Source: a virus
Strand: one strand, 5' to 3'
IMG/VR virus record: IMGVR_UViG_3300044979_000007
Span: 6,899 to 70,898 of that record
DNA length: 64,000 bases
The notes beneath the pieces were generated by a model. It saw nothing but the letters and a program-made list of their open reading frames with translations. It was not told the DNA's origin and did not search any database. The translations under genes and the position numbers were made by a program. Of this stretch, positions 28,718-39,000 are shown piece after piece. The number at the start of each line of letters is the position of its first letter. Position 1 is the first letter of the stretch.

Positions 28718-31700
28718 ATGTTAGCAACGTATCCATTTCGAGGTAGGTTAAATATGGACGATCCCTCCTTGGTAATTCCCCAAGGCGACCATATTATGGC
28801 TCGTAATGGAATATTTAGGGGTACAGAAGGACGGATGCGTTTCGAATCGTGTCTCGGGACTACACTCATGCCAAATGCTAACTTACCGGCAGGAACGAAC
28901 GCTACAGTGGGGGTTAAATACGATCCGGTAAATGAAAACTCAAACGGAACTTTAAATCCACGGGTCTTTTTCTTCAATCTTAACTCAAACGGTTATTCTG
29001 GTATTTATATTTATTATACGCTCACGGGAACCTTTCAAACACTCGTTCAAGATAACACGAATACGGTTGGAGCGGTAACGGGTATCACAAATGCCAACCG
29101 AATTACCAGCATAGATTTACTTTACGGTGACGGTGTACAAGGGACACTTCTTTTCTATGTGGATTCGACTTTGAATTGCAGAAAGCTAAACATAAATCGT
29201 ATTCTGGCAGGCGGGTATCCGACGATCAAAAGCACTTACTTAAACGTCATTAAAGCGCCTCCGATACCGCCTATTCAATGTTGTTACGAGAACGATACAA
29301 CCGTGGCGGCAAATAATCTGGTTAACTCGCTTTTTAACTTTACTTGTACGCACATCTATGATGATTTCGAGCAATCCGTGTTAGCCAGTGCAAGCAAGCA
29401 GCCGTTACCAACCGATCCGTTAAACCCACCAAATACAGCCACAAGTTCTGTAGCTAGTCCTTTCAGAAATTCACGTATCGTTCTATACATTCCTACAGGA
29501 GATATTAACGTAACCAAACTTAGGATATATGCGAAGCAAACCCAGTATGGATCAACGACGGATTGGTTCATTGTGGACACCTTAGACAAAACGCTTTTGA
29601 ATATTCCTAGCAATACGGTCTGGCAATATTACTTTCATAACAATGGAAATTACACGTTTGCCGATCCGACATTCACGGTCTTAGACTACGACCAAGTACC
29701 TATAGGCGCTAATTGTCAATCGTTGCTTGACGGTAATGTGATTTCTTATTCAGGAATAACAGAAGGGTACAATTGGCTCAACCCGACTTTTAGCGTAGCG
29801 ACCTCCAACGTAAACTTTCCGCAATATTCGGTCAACGGACTTTTATTTTTTGCAGCCACCAACGGCCTTTTTACATCGGGCCAACCACAGATAACCGTGT
29901 ATTTGCGTGGAGTGGGGTCTAATGATGGTTACAACAATCCTATCTTGCTCGAAAAAGCGCCGAAGACATTAACGGTAAGGGCTAAATCAGGATCAACGGA
30001 TATTAGCTTTACCTTCAACAATACAACGGGAGTTATCAATAGTATCTTAGTTGGGTTATTGGCGGCGGCGAATGCGGCAGGTTGGGTAACAGTAGGAGCC
30101 ATAACAACCAACTCGTTCACGGTCTACTATCCAACCGGGAATGTGGTATTGCAATCCTCTTACACGAATCAATTAGTTATTGATAACTCACCGTATCCAA
30201 GTCCGATATGTTGTCATTTCCCGCAATCAGCTTATTCGTACGGCGTTCTTTACCGGGATGCTGGCGGCCGCACAAATGGAACAATTAGCAATGTAACCGG
30301 AAACGTACTAACCCAAGCGGTATCGAATGGTCAGATACCCCAAGTGTCAATTAACTTGGCCGCGTTTCAACCGCCGCCGTGGGCCGTCTATTGGGAACTC
30401 GTTCGCACCGATACGCTGACTTACAACAAGTACTTAAACTGGGTAACCAATGCGGCCTGTCAAGGAACAGGGGCAGGTGTGAGTACACAATACGCCTATT
30501 TTGGGATCAACAATATTGCCACCTATAACCAATCCATTAACGCGACGGAAGGGCCAGTTTCGTATTCCTTCACGCAGGGGGATCGGATTCGGATTTTAGG
30601 CAGATACGACCACAACATGAATTTTTACCCGCTCAACCTTGACTATGCGATTTTAGGTGAAGCGGTTGACCCCATTGCTAACGGTATCTTTCAAAAAGGA
30701 ACGTTCATTCAGATTTACTATCCAACCTATGATGTCGGAGCTAACCCAAATTTTGGATTCCCAATTTCCAGCATTGACGACGACTATCAAAATTACCTTG
30801 TTCTCATCTACTCTTATAAACCTTATTCAACCACGAATCAGAACGTCTATTTTCAGATTGGGCAACAGTACGGTGTTGGCAATCCGGGGACGGGAACGGC
30901 CTATCACATTGGCAACGTGGCAGACAACCAAGTGATTTTGACAGATGGAGATGTATTCAACCGGCAACGGCCAGTACCATTAATCAATAGCTATTTTATC
31001 AATACTGGTAGTTTCGATCAAACAAGCCCTTACGGAACCGATTGGGTGAATCCCGGGGGTGGAGCGGTCCCGATTATAGATAACGGCATTTGGAAGATTG
31101 TGGGCGGCGCTCAAATGGTAGCCGGTCTTTTGCCTACCCAATATCCGACTTATGCGAACAATGATTTTACGATCTTCAATGAATCCACAACTTTAACGCT
31201 TGCCGTTCGGTTAAGGGGAACGCAAACGATCATCGACAAAACCGATCCCAATGGGCAGTTTTCAAAGTATGTGAAAGTCGTTTTGCCGGGCAATGTGGTG
31301 ACCACTACACAAATCGTACCTACGCAGTCAGGGATCAATCCGCAATCCAGCTCGAACAGCAGCGCAGTAACCGTCACCTTTGACGCGACTATTCAATTGC
31401 CGCCACAAGGAAAACTATGGCTGATCAACTATTGCGTCAATGAAATGCTGATTGGCGGGTACTTGTTACAACTCGATGTACTAAGAACGATTACGATAAA
31501 TTGTTTCGACAAATCTTTCAGCGATATTTACGACCTTCAAACCAATTCGGATAATAAACCGAATGTGGTCGACGTCGAAGCCGCGCAAACCTATTACAGT
31601 ACCTTATTCCGTTTTAGTCAACCAGATATTTTAGGAACCGATATCAACAACTCCAATCGGTTCTATCCTGATAACTTCGACGAATGGGATAAATCCTTTG

Positions 31701-32686
31701 GAGATGCTATGCGAATGCGGGTCAGACAACGGGAACTTCGCGTATTTCAGAAAAGAAGGTGCGGGCGTGTGGGGGTATATCAAAAGTTTATCACCAACCA
31801 AAGTGCAGCCGTTTCGCTTATCGTGTCCGATACGATCATCACCCAAAACAACATCCAATATTTTGAAGGAGAATACGGGATAGGTGACGCTGTAGATAGT
31901 CTTTCAAGTTCTGGCTATCAGGATTATTTCGCGGACCCAATAAAAGGCGTATGGTGCCGACTTTCACTAAACGGCGTGGACAATATAAGTGAAGATGAGA
32001 AGGTGCAGACATTTGCTGGAAGTCTCACTACTTATTTAAACAATTATGTTTATCCGTTCGGAGGGGTATCTTCAATATTGTCAGCTTTCAATGTGTTGCC
32101 GGATAGGGATGCGGAGGTGTTGTTCTTCATGCAGCCCGGAACAAGTGGAGCAAATACATTACCGGGTCAAACCATTGCTTTCAACGAACGTCAAAAGGTA
32201 GCCTACGGATTCTTTGACTACGCTCCTGACGCGGCTGTTTGCGCAGAAAACCAGTTGATTCTATTCTATAATGGGCAACTTTACGTCCAAAACAATAGTA
32301 CAAATCCGGCCATGTTTTTTGGGACGCAACAGACGCCTAGCATAACTTTGGTATTTAAAGACCCTAATATCGAAAAAAAGACCTTTTTGGCAGTTACGGA
32401 AGTTGCCAACCAACCGTGGGTTTGTCCGACAATCCAGACTGATACCTATTCGTATCCGGGTACGCTACAATTGAGTAATCTTGTGGCGGAAGATTTTGAG
32501 CTTTTGGGAACGGATTACAACGCCGCTCTGCTAATGGATTCCAACTCAATTGGAGGGATTATCAACGGAGACGTACTTCAAGGGAGCCAATTAGTTATAC
32601 AATTTTCGTCTAGCAATCCTTCTGTTTTTTCGTATCTTGCTACTATTGGGGTAAGATATATTGACAGTCCTCTAACAGCTAAATAA
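28718..32686 (+). CDS. tail nozzle/stabilisation (muzzle-like) protein
   Basis: 1322 aa; LNMDD...A.N N-terminus and C-terminal YFAD...KKTFLAV module typical of podovirus nozzles. Confidence 0.75.
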   Translation: MLATYPFRGRLNMDDPSLVIPQGDHIMARNGIFRGTEGRMRFESCLGTTLMPNANLPAGTNATVGVKYDPVNENSNGTLNPRVFFFNLNSNGYSGIYIYYTLTGTFQTLVQDNTNTVGAVTGITNANRITSIDLLYGDGVQGTLLFYVDSTLNCRKLNINRILAGGYPTIKSTYLNVIKAPPIPPIQCCYENDTTVAANNLVNSLFNFTCTHIYDDFEQSVLASASKQPLPTDPLNPPNTATSSVASPFRNSRIVLYIPTGDINVTKLRIYAKQTQYGSTTDWFIVDTLDKTLLNIPSNTVWQYYFHNNGNYTFADPTFTVLDYDQVPIGANCQSLLDGNVISYSGITEGYNWLNPTFSVATSNVNFPQYSVNGLLFFAATNGLFTSGQPQITVYLRGVGSNDGYNNPILLEKAPKTLTVRAKSGSTDISFTFNNTTGVINSILVGLLAAANAAGWVTVGAITTNSFTVYYPTGNVVLQSSYTNQLVIDNSPYPSPICCHFPQSAYSYGVLYRDAGGRTNGTISNVTGNVLTQAVSNGQIPQVSINLAAFQPPPWAVYWELVRTDTLTYNKYLNWVTNAACQGTGAGVSTQYAYFGINNIATYNQSINATEGPVSYSFTQGDRIRILGRYDHNMNFYPLNLDYAILGEAVDPIANGIFQKGTFIQIYYPTYDVGANPNFGFPISSIDDDYQNYLVLIYSYKPYSTTNQNVYFQIGQQYGVGNPGTGTAYHIGNVADNQVILTDGDVFNRQRPVPLINSYFINTGSFDQTSPYGTDWVNPGGGAVPIIDNGIWKIVGGAQMVAGLLPTQYPTYANNDFTIFNESTTLTLAVRLRGTQTIIDKTDPNGQFSKYVKVVLPGNVVTTTQIVPTQSGINPQSSSNSSAVTVTFDATIQLPPQGKLWLINYCVNEMLIGGYLLQLDVLRTITINCFDKSFSDIYDLQTNSDNKPNVVDVEAAQTYYSTLFRFSQPDILGTDINNSNRFYPDNFDEWDKSFGDAMRMRVRQRELRVFQKRRCGRVGVYQKFITNQSAAVSLIVSDTIITQNNIQYFEGEYGIGDAVDSLSSSGYQDYFADPIKGVWCRLSLNGVDNISEDEKVQTFAGSLTTYLNNYVYPFGGVSSILSAFNVLPDRDAEVLFFMQPGTSGANTLPGQTIAFNERQKVAYGFFDYAPDAAVCAENQLILFYNGQLYVQNNSTNPAMFFGTQQTPSITLVFKDPNIEKKTFLAVTEVANQPWVCPTIQTDTYSYPGTLQLSNLVAEDFELLGTDYNAALLMDSNSIGGIINGDVLQGSQLVIQFSSSNPSVFSYLATIGVRYIDSPLTAK

Positions 32687-33241
32687 ATGAATATAAACGT
32701 TTACAATTCAGATGAAAAATGGCTTCCAATTAAGGGGTTTGGAGGAAACTATGAAGTTAGTAATCTAGGAAGGATAAGGTCGTATTGCTGGAATAGGGAG
32801 GTTATTAGAAAGGTACACATTGGCACTACCGGATACTTTGAAATTACCTTACATGACAAGATGAAGCAAAAACGATGCAAAGTTCACCGATTGGTGGCAT
32901 TGGCTTTTATTCCGAAGGTCAAAGGGAAAACAATGGTTAATCATAAAAACGGTTTAAAAACAGATAATCGTGTGGAAAATCTAGAGTGGTGCACGATGAG
33001 CGAAAATAGCATGCATGCATACGCCACCTGCTTAAGCAAGCCAGCATGGACCGGAAAATTTGGTCAAAAAAATAAAACAGCAAAATTAGTGGGACAATTT
33101 ACAAAAGACGGAAAAAAAATAATGGAATTTTACGGGGCGAGAGAGGCACAAAGAAAAACCGGAGTCGCATTTAGAAACATTTCTCAGGTATGCGTTGGGG
33201 AAAGGCCGTCTGCCGGGGGATATATTTGGAAATTTATATAA
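32687..33241 (+). CDS. NUMOD4-HNH-NUMOD1 homing endonuclease
   Basis: EKWLPIKG..YEVSNLGRIRS, VHRLVA.AF, VNHKNG.KTDNRV.NLEW, AGGYIWKF. Confidence 0.93.
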   Translation: MNINVYNSDEKWLPIKGFGGNYEVSNLGRIRSYCWNREVIRKVHIGTTGYFEITLHDKMKQKRCKVHRLVALAFIPKVKGKTMVNHKNGLKTDNRVENLEWCTMSENSMHAYATCLSKPAWTGKFGQKNKTAKLVGQFTKDGKKIMEFYGAREAQRKTGVAFRNISQVCVGERPSAGGYIWKFI

Positions 33242-33242
33242 A

Positions 33243-33464
33243 ATGGAACACAAAAATAAGATAGACAATTGGGCGCATTATTGGGGAATAGCAGCCTCCC
33301 GAAAAGACATGAAGGAGTTTAAGAATCTATTACAGATCAACGCTAACTCGCCGCAGATAGATTTAGGAAAGCAGCAAATTCCTACAAAGGACGGCATCAA
33401 AACTTTTAATGAATTGGTAAAAGAATTGGCTCCGAAAGAAAACGAACATGGAGAACTCAATTGA
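33243..33464 (+). CDS. hypothetical protein
   Basis: ORF; start ATG 33243. Confidence 0.45.
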   Translation: MEHKNKIDNWAHYWGIAASRKDMKEFKNLLQINANSPQIDLGKQQIPTKDGIKTFNELVKELAPKENEHGELN

Positions 33465-33915
33465 CGATAAGATAGATGAACTTGAATTAGCTATGCAGGA
33501 TTATGAACCTGTGGACTGTCCGTTGACCCATACGTTCACCCCAAAGGTCTACACTCGAACCATATTCATGAAAGCGGGTAGCCTTATAACCAGCAGGGTC
33601 CACAGAACTAGGCACCAATTCGTTATTATGGCCGGAGTAGTAATGGTTAAGGTGAAGGATGGCGAATGGAAACAATTGGCTGCCCCCTATAATGGAATCA
33701 CTGAACCAGGAACAAGGCGCATCCTCTATATACTCGAAGACTGCGTTTGGATGACGATACATTACACGGAAATACAGCCGGAAGACGAAAGAGAAGAATC
33801 GGTATTAGAAGCAGTACGGCAGATCGAAGATTTGATTATAGAACCGTATGTCAATAAATTATTGGGCGGCATTGTTAAAAATAACATTATTTCACCATTA
33901 ATTGAAACAGAATGA
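33448..33915 (+). CDS. cupin-like phage protein
   Basis: THTFTPKVYTRTIFMKAG..ITSRVH.T.H...PGTRR...ED.VW.TIH. Confidence 0.75.
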   Translation: MENSIDDKIDELELAMQDYEPVDCPLTHTFTPKVYTRTIFMKAGSLITSRVHRTRHQFVIMAGVVMVKVKDGEWKQLAAPYNGITEPGTRRILYILEDCVWMTIHYTEIQPEDEREESVLEAVRQIEDLIIEPYVNKLLGGIVKNNIISPLIETE

Positions 33916-34607
33916 GTTTCGTTGGCGTTGGGGTAACTGCCGGAATTGGGATTACGCAAGCTGTCATCGGCGGAATTAAGGCCGGGAAGGCTCACCGTGA
34001 GATGGAGAACCTGAAGACCCCCACATATTCAGGCAGTCAGCCTCTTTCTCAATACTATCAGGAGGCATTGAATAGGTATAACCAAAGCCCGTACCAATCT
34101 AATTTTTACGAACAAGCGCAGAAAGCGGCCGGGCGAAATCAAGCAACGGCAATTGGCGCAACGATGGATCGGCATTCCGCTGGAAACATAGGAGCTATTG
34201 TACAAGGGAGTGATGACCAAATGCAGAAAGCAGGTGTACAGGCGGAAAGTTTGCAACGTCAGGCATTTGGTCAGTTAGGGGGAGCGGCTAATATGGAAAC
34301 AGGAGATTTACGTCAACAATTCCAGTACAATCAGGAAGCCCCATATGAAAAGGCATTTGGCATAGCACAAGGGAAAGCAATAGCAGGTAGTCAGATGGAG
34401 AATGCTGGATTCCAGAATATTTCAGGAGGATTAGGAAGTTATTCTCAAATTGGTCAACTGAAACAGCTATATGGAGGCGGAGGTACCGGTTCGACAAGAA
34501 CAGCAGGTGCCGCGCCGACAACAGGGACAACGAACGCTTTTGGAAGCGGATCAATGTATAATTCTCAACCAGGATTAGACGCATCAGGTAATGTAGTATT
34601 TCAATGA
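33912..34607 (+). CDS. internal virion/ejection protein
   Basis: Hydrophobic Gly/Ala N-terminus; Q/A/G-rich helices. Confidence 0.65.
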   Translation: MSFVGVGVTAGIGITQAVIGGIKAGKAHREMENLKTPTYSGSQPLSQYYQEALNRYNQSPYQSNFYEQAQKAAGRNQATAIGATMDRHSAGNIGAIVQGSDDQMQKAGVQAESLQRQAFGQLGGAANMETGDLRQQFQYNQEAPYEKAFGIAQGKAIAGSQMENAGFQNISGGLGSYSQIGQLKQLYGGGGTGSTRTAGAAPTTGTTNAFGSGSMYNSQPGLDASGNVVFQ

Positions 34608-36046
34608 GAGGATCATCAACAGCAGTAAACCCAGCCGCTTATTCAGGCGGAACTTTCGCGATAAGACCGCCGAATTACACCGCGTATTACATGCGGGCGA
34701 TGATGCACCAACAAGCCAAGCAACAAGCCCTATCCCAATACTATGACAAACTCCAAAACTCTATAAATCCGGCAGGTGTTCGAGATATTGATTTGGACGG
34801 ATGGAATCAGAAGGCAGACGCTTGGCAGAAATTTGGTATTGAAAATAGGGACGCGCTCGTTAATCCAAGGTTGGACGGCGGTAGGGCAATGGCAAGATTT
34901 CAGTCTATGCACCGTGATTTACTAGGTGATGCTCAAAAATCAAAGCAGGCAGCTCAGAAAGAAATGTCTTTGCAAAAAATATATTCTAATCCTAACGAAG
35001 CTGCAAGAGCTACAGATAGCGATATGCGGTTAGCGCATTCTATCAGTTCGTCTATCTATGACCCGCAGCATTACCAAGATGACGGAGTTACGCCGCACAA
35101 CCTCACAGAATTTTCGTTCAACGCGCCACCATACGATTATAAAATGCAAAAAGCGGTTGCGTCACAAGTTACCGCAGGACTGAAACCAAGCAAAACTTTT
35201 GGCAAAGCTACACAGCGGGACTACGCAGCAGGTACGGAGATTGTTCCATTTACCTCAAAACATTCAACGGATAACCTGAAGGAAATGGCTAACAGGATGG
35301 GTGACCTATACGATAAAAACCCGTCTATGCAGCGGTCTTACGAAAGCGAAAAATTAGACTCGGATAAACTGACTTCCTTAAGTCAAGCCTATAAGTCAGT
35401 ATTCCCTAACGATGATATAGTAGGGCCAGATGGTACACCAAGTCCTAAAAAAATAGCACAAGCCGAAGCTATTCGGGATAATTCAGCGGTAAATTCCAGT
35501 TCAGAATTGCATAGTGTACCACGCATTCCAGTTGGCAAAGGGCTCACTCAAGCCCAGCAAAATCAACAGCTAATGCTCAACCTAACGAATCAAATGGGGT
35601 CAGCCATGAAAGCGGGTAATTTGGATGAGGTAAACCGATTAGCAGGCACTTGGTATTCTGGAAATGGGAAAAGCCAATTCCAGGGTATAGAAAAAGGCCC
35701 CATAGCAGACCCATGGAATGCAGGAGTTCCAAACGCTACTCCAAAACAAGGGTATTTAATTAGGCACGTAGACAAACAATGGGTGCCCGACGATCCTAAA
35801 AATCCAGCCGTTGGTGCTTACAAGGACGTACTGAATACGACGGAAATTGACCCGAACGACCCTAATTTAATCAGCAAGTTGGCCAATCAGCATCAAGCAT
35901 ACATGGGTAGTACTCCGGCACTCGAACAAGGGGTGGCTCACCAGATATTGAACGCGCCACAGGCAGGAACACCGGCACCAGCACCGAAACCGGCAGCGGT
36001 TGATCCTGACGCTTTATTAAAAAAATATGCACCGACACCGCAATAA
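34604..36046 (+). CDS. internal virion/ejection protein
   Basis: 480-aa helical protein between ejection genes. Confidence 0.6.
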   Translation: MRGSSTAVNPAAYSGGTFAIRPPNYTAYYMRAMMHQQAKQQALSQYYDKLQNSINPAGVRDIDLDGWNQKADAWQKFGIENRDALVNPRLDGGRAMARFQSMHRDLLGDAQKSKQAAQKEMSLQKIYSNPNEAARATDSDMRLAHSISSSIYDPQHYQDDGVTPHNLTEFSFNAPPYDYKMQKAVASQVTAGLKPSKTFGKATQRDYAAGTEIVPFTSKHSTDNLKEMANRMGDLYDKNPSMQRSYESEKLDSDKLTSLSQAYKSVFPNDDIVGPDGTPSPKKIAQAEAIRDNSAVNSSSELHSVPRIPVGKGLTQAQQNQQLMLNLTNQMGSAMKAGNLDEVNRLAGTWYSGNGKSQFQGIEKGPIADPWNAGVPNATPKQGYLIRHVDKQWVPDDPKNPAVGAYKDVLNTTEIDPNDPNLISKLANQHQAYMGSTPALEQGVAHQILNAPQAGTPAPAPKPAAVDPDALLKKYAPTPQ

Positions 36047-39000
36047 ATGGCCGGAACTACAGACATATTAGAGCCAGACGTAGACGAGCAGGAACCGCAA
36101 CCAGCTCCCCCACCAATTGGTGGGCCGGGCCAGCAACCGCCTGTCAAAACACCAACACCTAACTATGGACTGAAAGACGAAGACAAGCAGAAGATTGCCC
36201 AGATCATAACGAAAATGCAGCAGGCTGGGGAACCGGACACCAATATCAAATCAGTCGTTAAACGGTTCATCGAAATCAATACCGCTCCGCCGCCTTCGCC
36301 AGTTGATAAAGGAATCAGGCAGACTACACAGAATCTTAATCAACCGTTGCAATTCAATGGAACTTTCCAACCGGATTTAGAAGGAGAAAAGAACGGACTT
36401 TACTTGAACGATCCCGATTATCAAGCACAGAAAAAAGACTTTGTTAGCCGAATTGCCACTGATCAGAATGGTGTTTTACTATACCCTGAACAAGATTCGA
36501 AAGGAAACTGGTCGAACTATTACACCAAGCAGCCGATACCGAATTTCGATCCGCATTCGATGCAAGGAAAGATTCTGCAAGTACCGCGCCCATACCAAGC
36601 GGCGACAGGGGGCAAACAGTTTATTACGCCTACCTACAATTGGGATACAAACTCATACGACTTCCCGGGTGTGCAGACGCCGGACGTTCCGACGCAAACT
36701 ACACTACCAACGGCTACCGTTTACTGGAATAAAAATGCGCCAACCGGAGAAAGTCCAGAATTACAGGGGTTATCACCTTCAGTGAATAAGATAGTAGTTG
36801 AATCCAATAAACAGGGCGGTCAATTTGGGAGTATTCTAAAAGAGAATCCTTCTTTGGCTGGAGATATTGATAACACGCTGAATAAATACGGCCCTCAGTA
36901 TGCCGAATCGTTGGACGCTGGCAGTCAAGGAATGACCAATGTACTTCAAAAAACAGTCGAAGACAAGTATAACCTCAGCCAGCCGTTGCCTAAAAATGTC
37001 GATCCTGATATTTTAAGCGGGCATTTGAGCGTATTAAACAACTTCGAGAAGAACAAGAATGAGTTTGAGGGACAGCAACAGGAATTACAGCATCAGGCAG
37101 ACTTGTTAACAGACAGAGCTAAAAGAACAGGACAGCCCATAAGTCAAGAAGATGCCGACCGTCTAGCACAGAAAGCAGCGCAGAACCTGCAACGGTGGAA
37201 CGCCTATACAAAAACGGTTAACTTCTCACAAAATTATCTAAACCAGCCGGAGGTTAAAAACTATCTCACAGAATTTCAGAAGCGGCAACAAGGCATAGGA
37301 TTAATGGATGAGATTAGGCAACGTTCTTTCCCGGATGACACCAACGCCCAATTAAAACAGGACGAATACGACCGTAAGGCCGTCGAAGGGAATACAGGAG
37401 TACTCGACTATTTAAAGACGGCGGCTGGGTCAGCAGCTAAAGGGGTGACAAATATAGGAGAGGGAGCCATGCAATTATGGAGTTACACCCAACCTGGTAT
37501 CGATCCTTCGCTCATGTCATCTGTTCAGAAGTTGAATAACAATGCGCAACAGTTTTTAAGCTCTAATCTACCTTCTATTTCGCCAGATGCGATGGAGCAA
37601 ATCAGCAAAGGAAAAGGAGGGTTGTCTTTGTTGGCCAATGACGTTGCTTCAACCGTTGGTGGCTTTGCGCCGTATATCGTTCCTGGTTTAGCAGAAGAAG
37701 CGGGAGTTGCAAAGGCGGGAACATTTGCCACAGCACTGGCTGAAAGCCTCCCTACGGTTCGAAAGGAGGCCGAAAAAGCCGGGTTGACCGGATCGGCTTA
37801 CAATACCTATCTAGCGGCAAAACCACTCATAGGAGCGGCCTTTATGACCCTCCTTCCAAATATAAAGTTTGCTAAAGGTTTTGAAAACGACGTGGCGGAA
37901 GCTGTTGTTAACGGAGAGGCCAATAACCCCAAAAGAATGCTCCTTAATTTGGCTGCTAAGGCCGTCAAAGAACCTGGGGATATCGCACACCTTCAGGCGA
38001 TGCTAACGGGGACTAATTTAGGGAATGCCTTGGTTAATCAGGTGACGAACGGCTTGCAAGCTAAAGAGGATTTACAACGTGGAATCAGCCGTAAGAATGG
38101 ATTATCAACTGATATATCAGGAGCTTTCGATCCAAGGCAAACGGCGGTAATGGCACTCGCTGGTAAAGCACTCGAAGCCGTTCCAACCTTAAAGAATGCC
38201 GTCGGAGATTATCAGGCCGGTAAAGACGTAGCCGAAACGTACGACCATATCCAAAACAACCTCGTCGAACTGGCGGCCCAAAATACGCCAGCCGTCAGTG
38301 CCCAAGTAGACGCGATGCTAAAGAAAGACCCCGGAAACATCTACGCTCAACACTTAAAGAATACGCTTGAAGATTTTACAGACGCACAACTTAGGATGCC
38401 GCAAGGATTGGAACCAGAACAAAAGGCGGCACTATTCAGTGTACAAAATCAGATTAGCCAGATTAACCGACAGATGGCCTATGCCGATCCGGTTTATAAA
38501 CCGCATCTTCAAAAAAACATCGACGAACTAAATAAGCAAATTCCTGAATTACTCAAAGACCCCAAAAAAGCCAACGACTACTTAAAAGATAGTCATAACG
38601 ATTTGATTGATACGATTAACTCACCAAAAACGGAAGCCAATGGCAAAGAAACCGAAAATGCCCCCGATGCCCAAGCCGAAGGGGAAATAGGGAAACCAAC
38701 GGAAGGAGTGCAGGGGATTGCGGCCCCGTCGGGCGCTCCTTCTTTCCTAGAATCCCGCCATGCTGATACCAAAGATGATGAGAAAGGACTAGTCAGCGGC
38801 CCGAATGACAATCCAATTTCACCAGAAGGGAGAAAAGACGCTAACAATTTAGCTACCGAAGTAAAAGAGCATTCGGAGAAAACGGGCGTCCCTGTAACAA
38901 AAGTTATCACATCTGGGCTAGAGCGATCAAAAAATACCGGCCAAGCGGTAGCGGATAAGGTGGGAGCAAAAGTTGTTTCCGATCCCGAGTTGAATACATG

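Noticed and set aside
28096-33241. Group I introns around the HNH genes
   Set aside because: Flanking genes end and begin within a few nt of the HNH ORFs, leaving no room for an intron core; neighbouring genes appear intact
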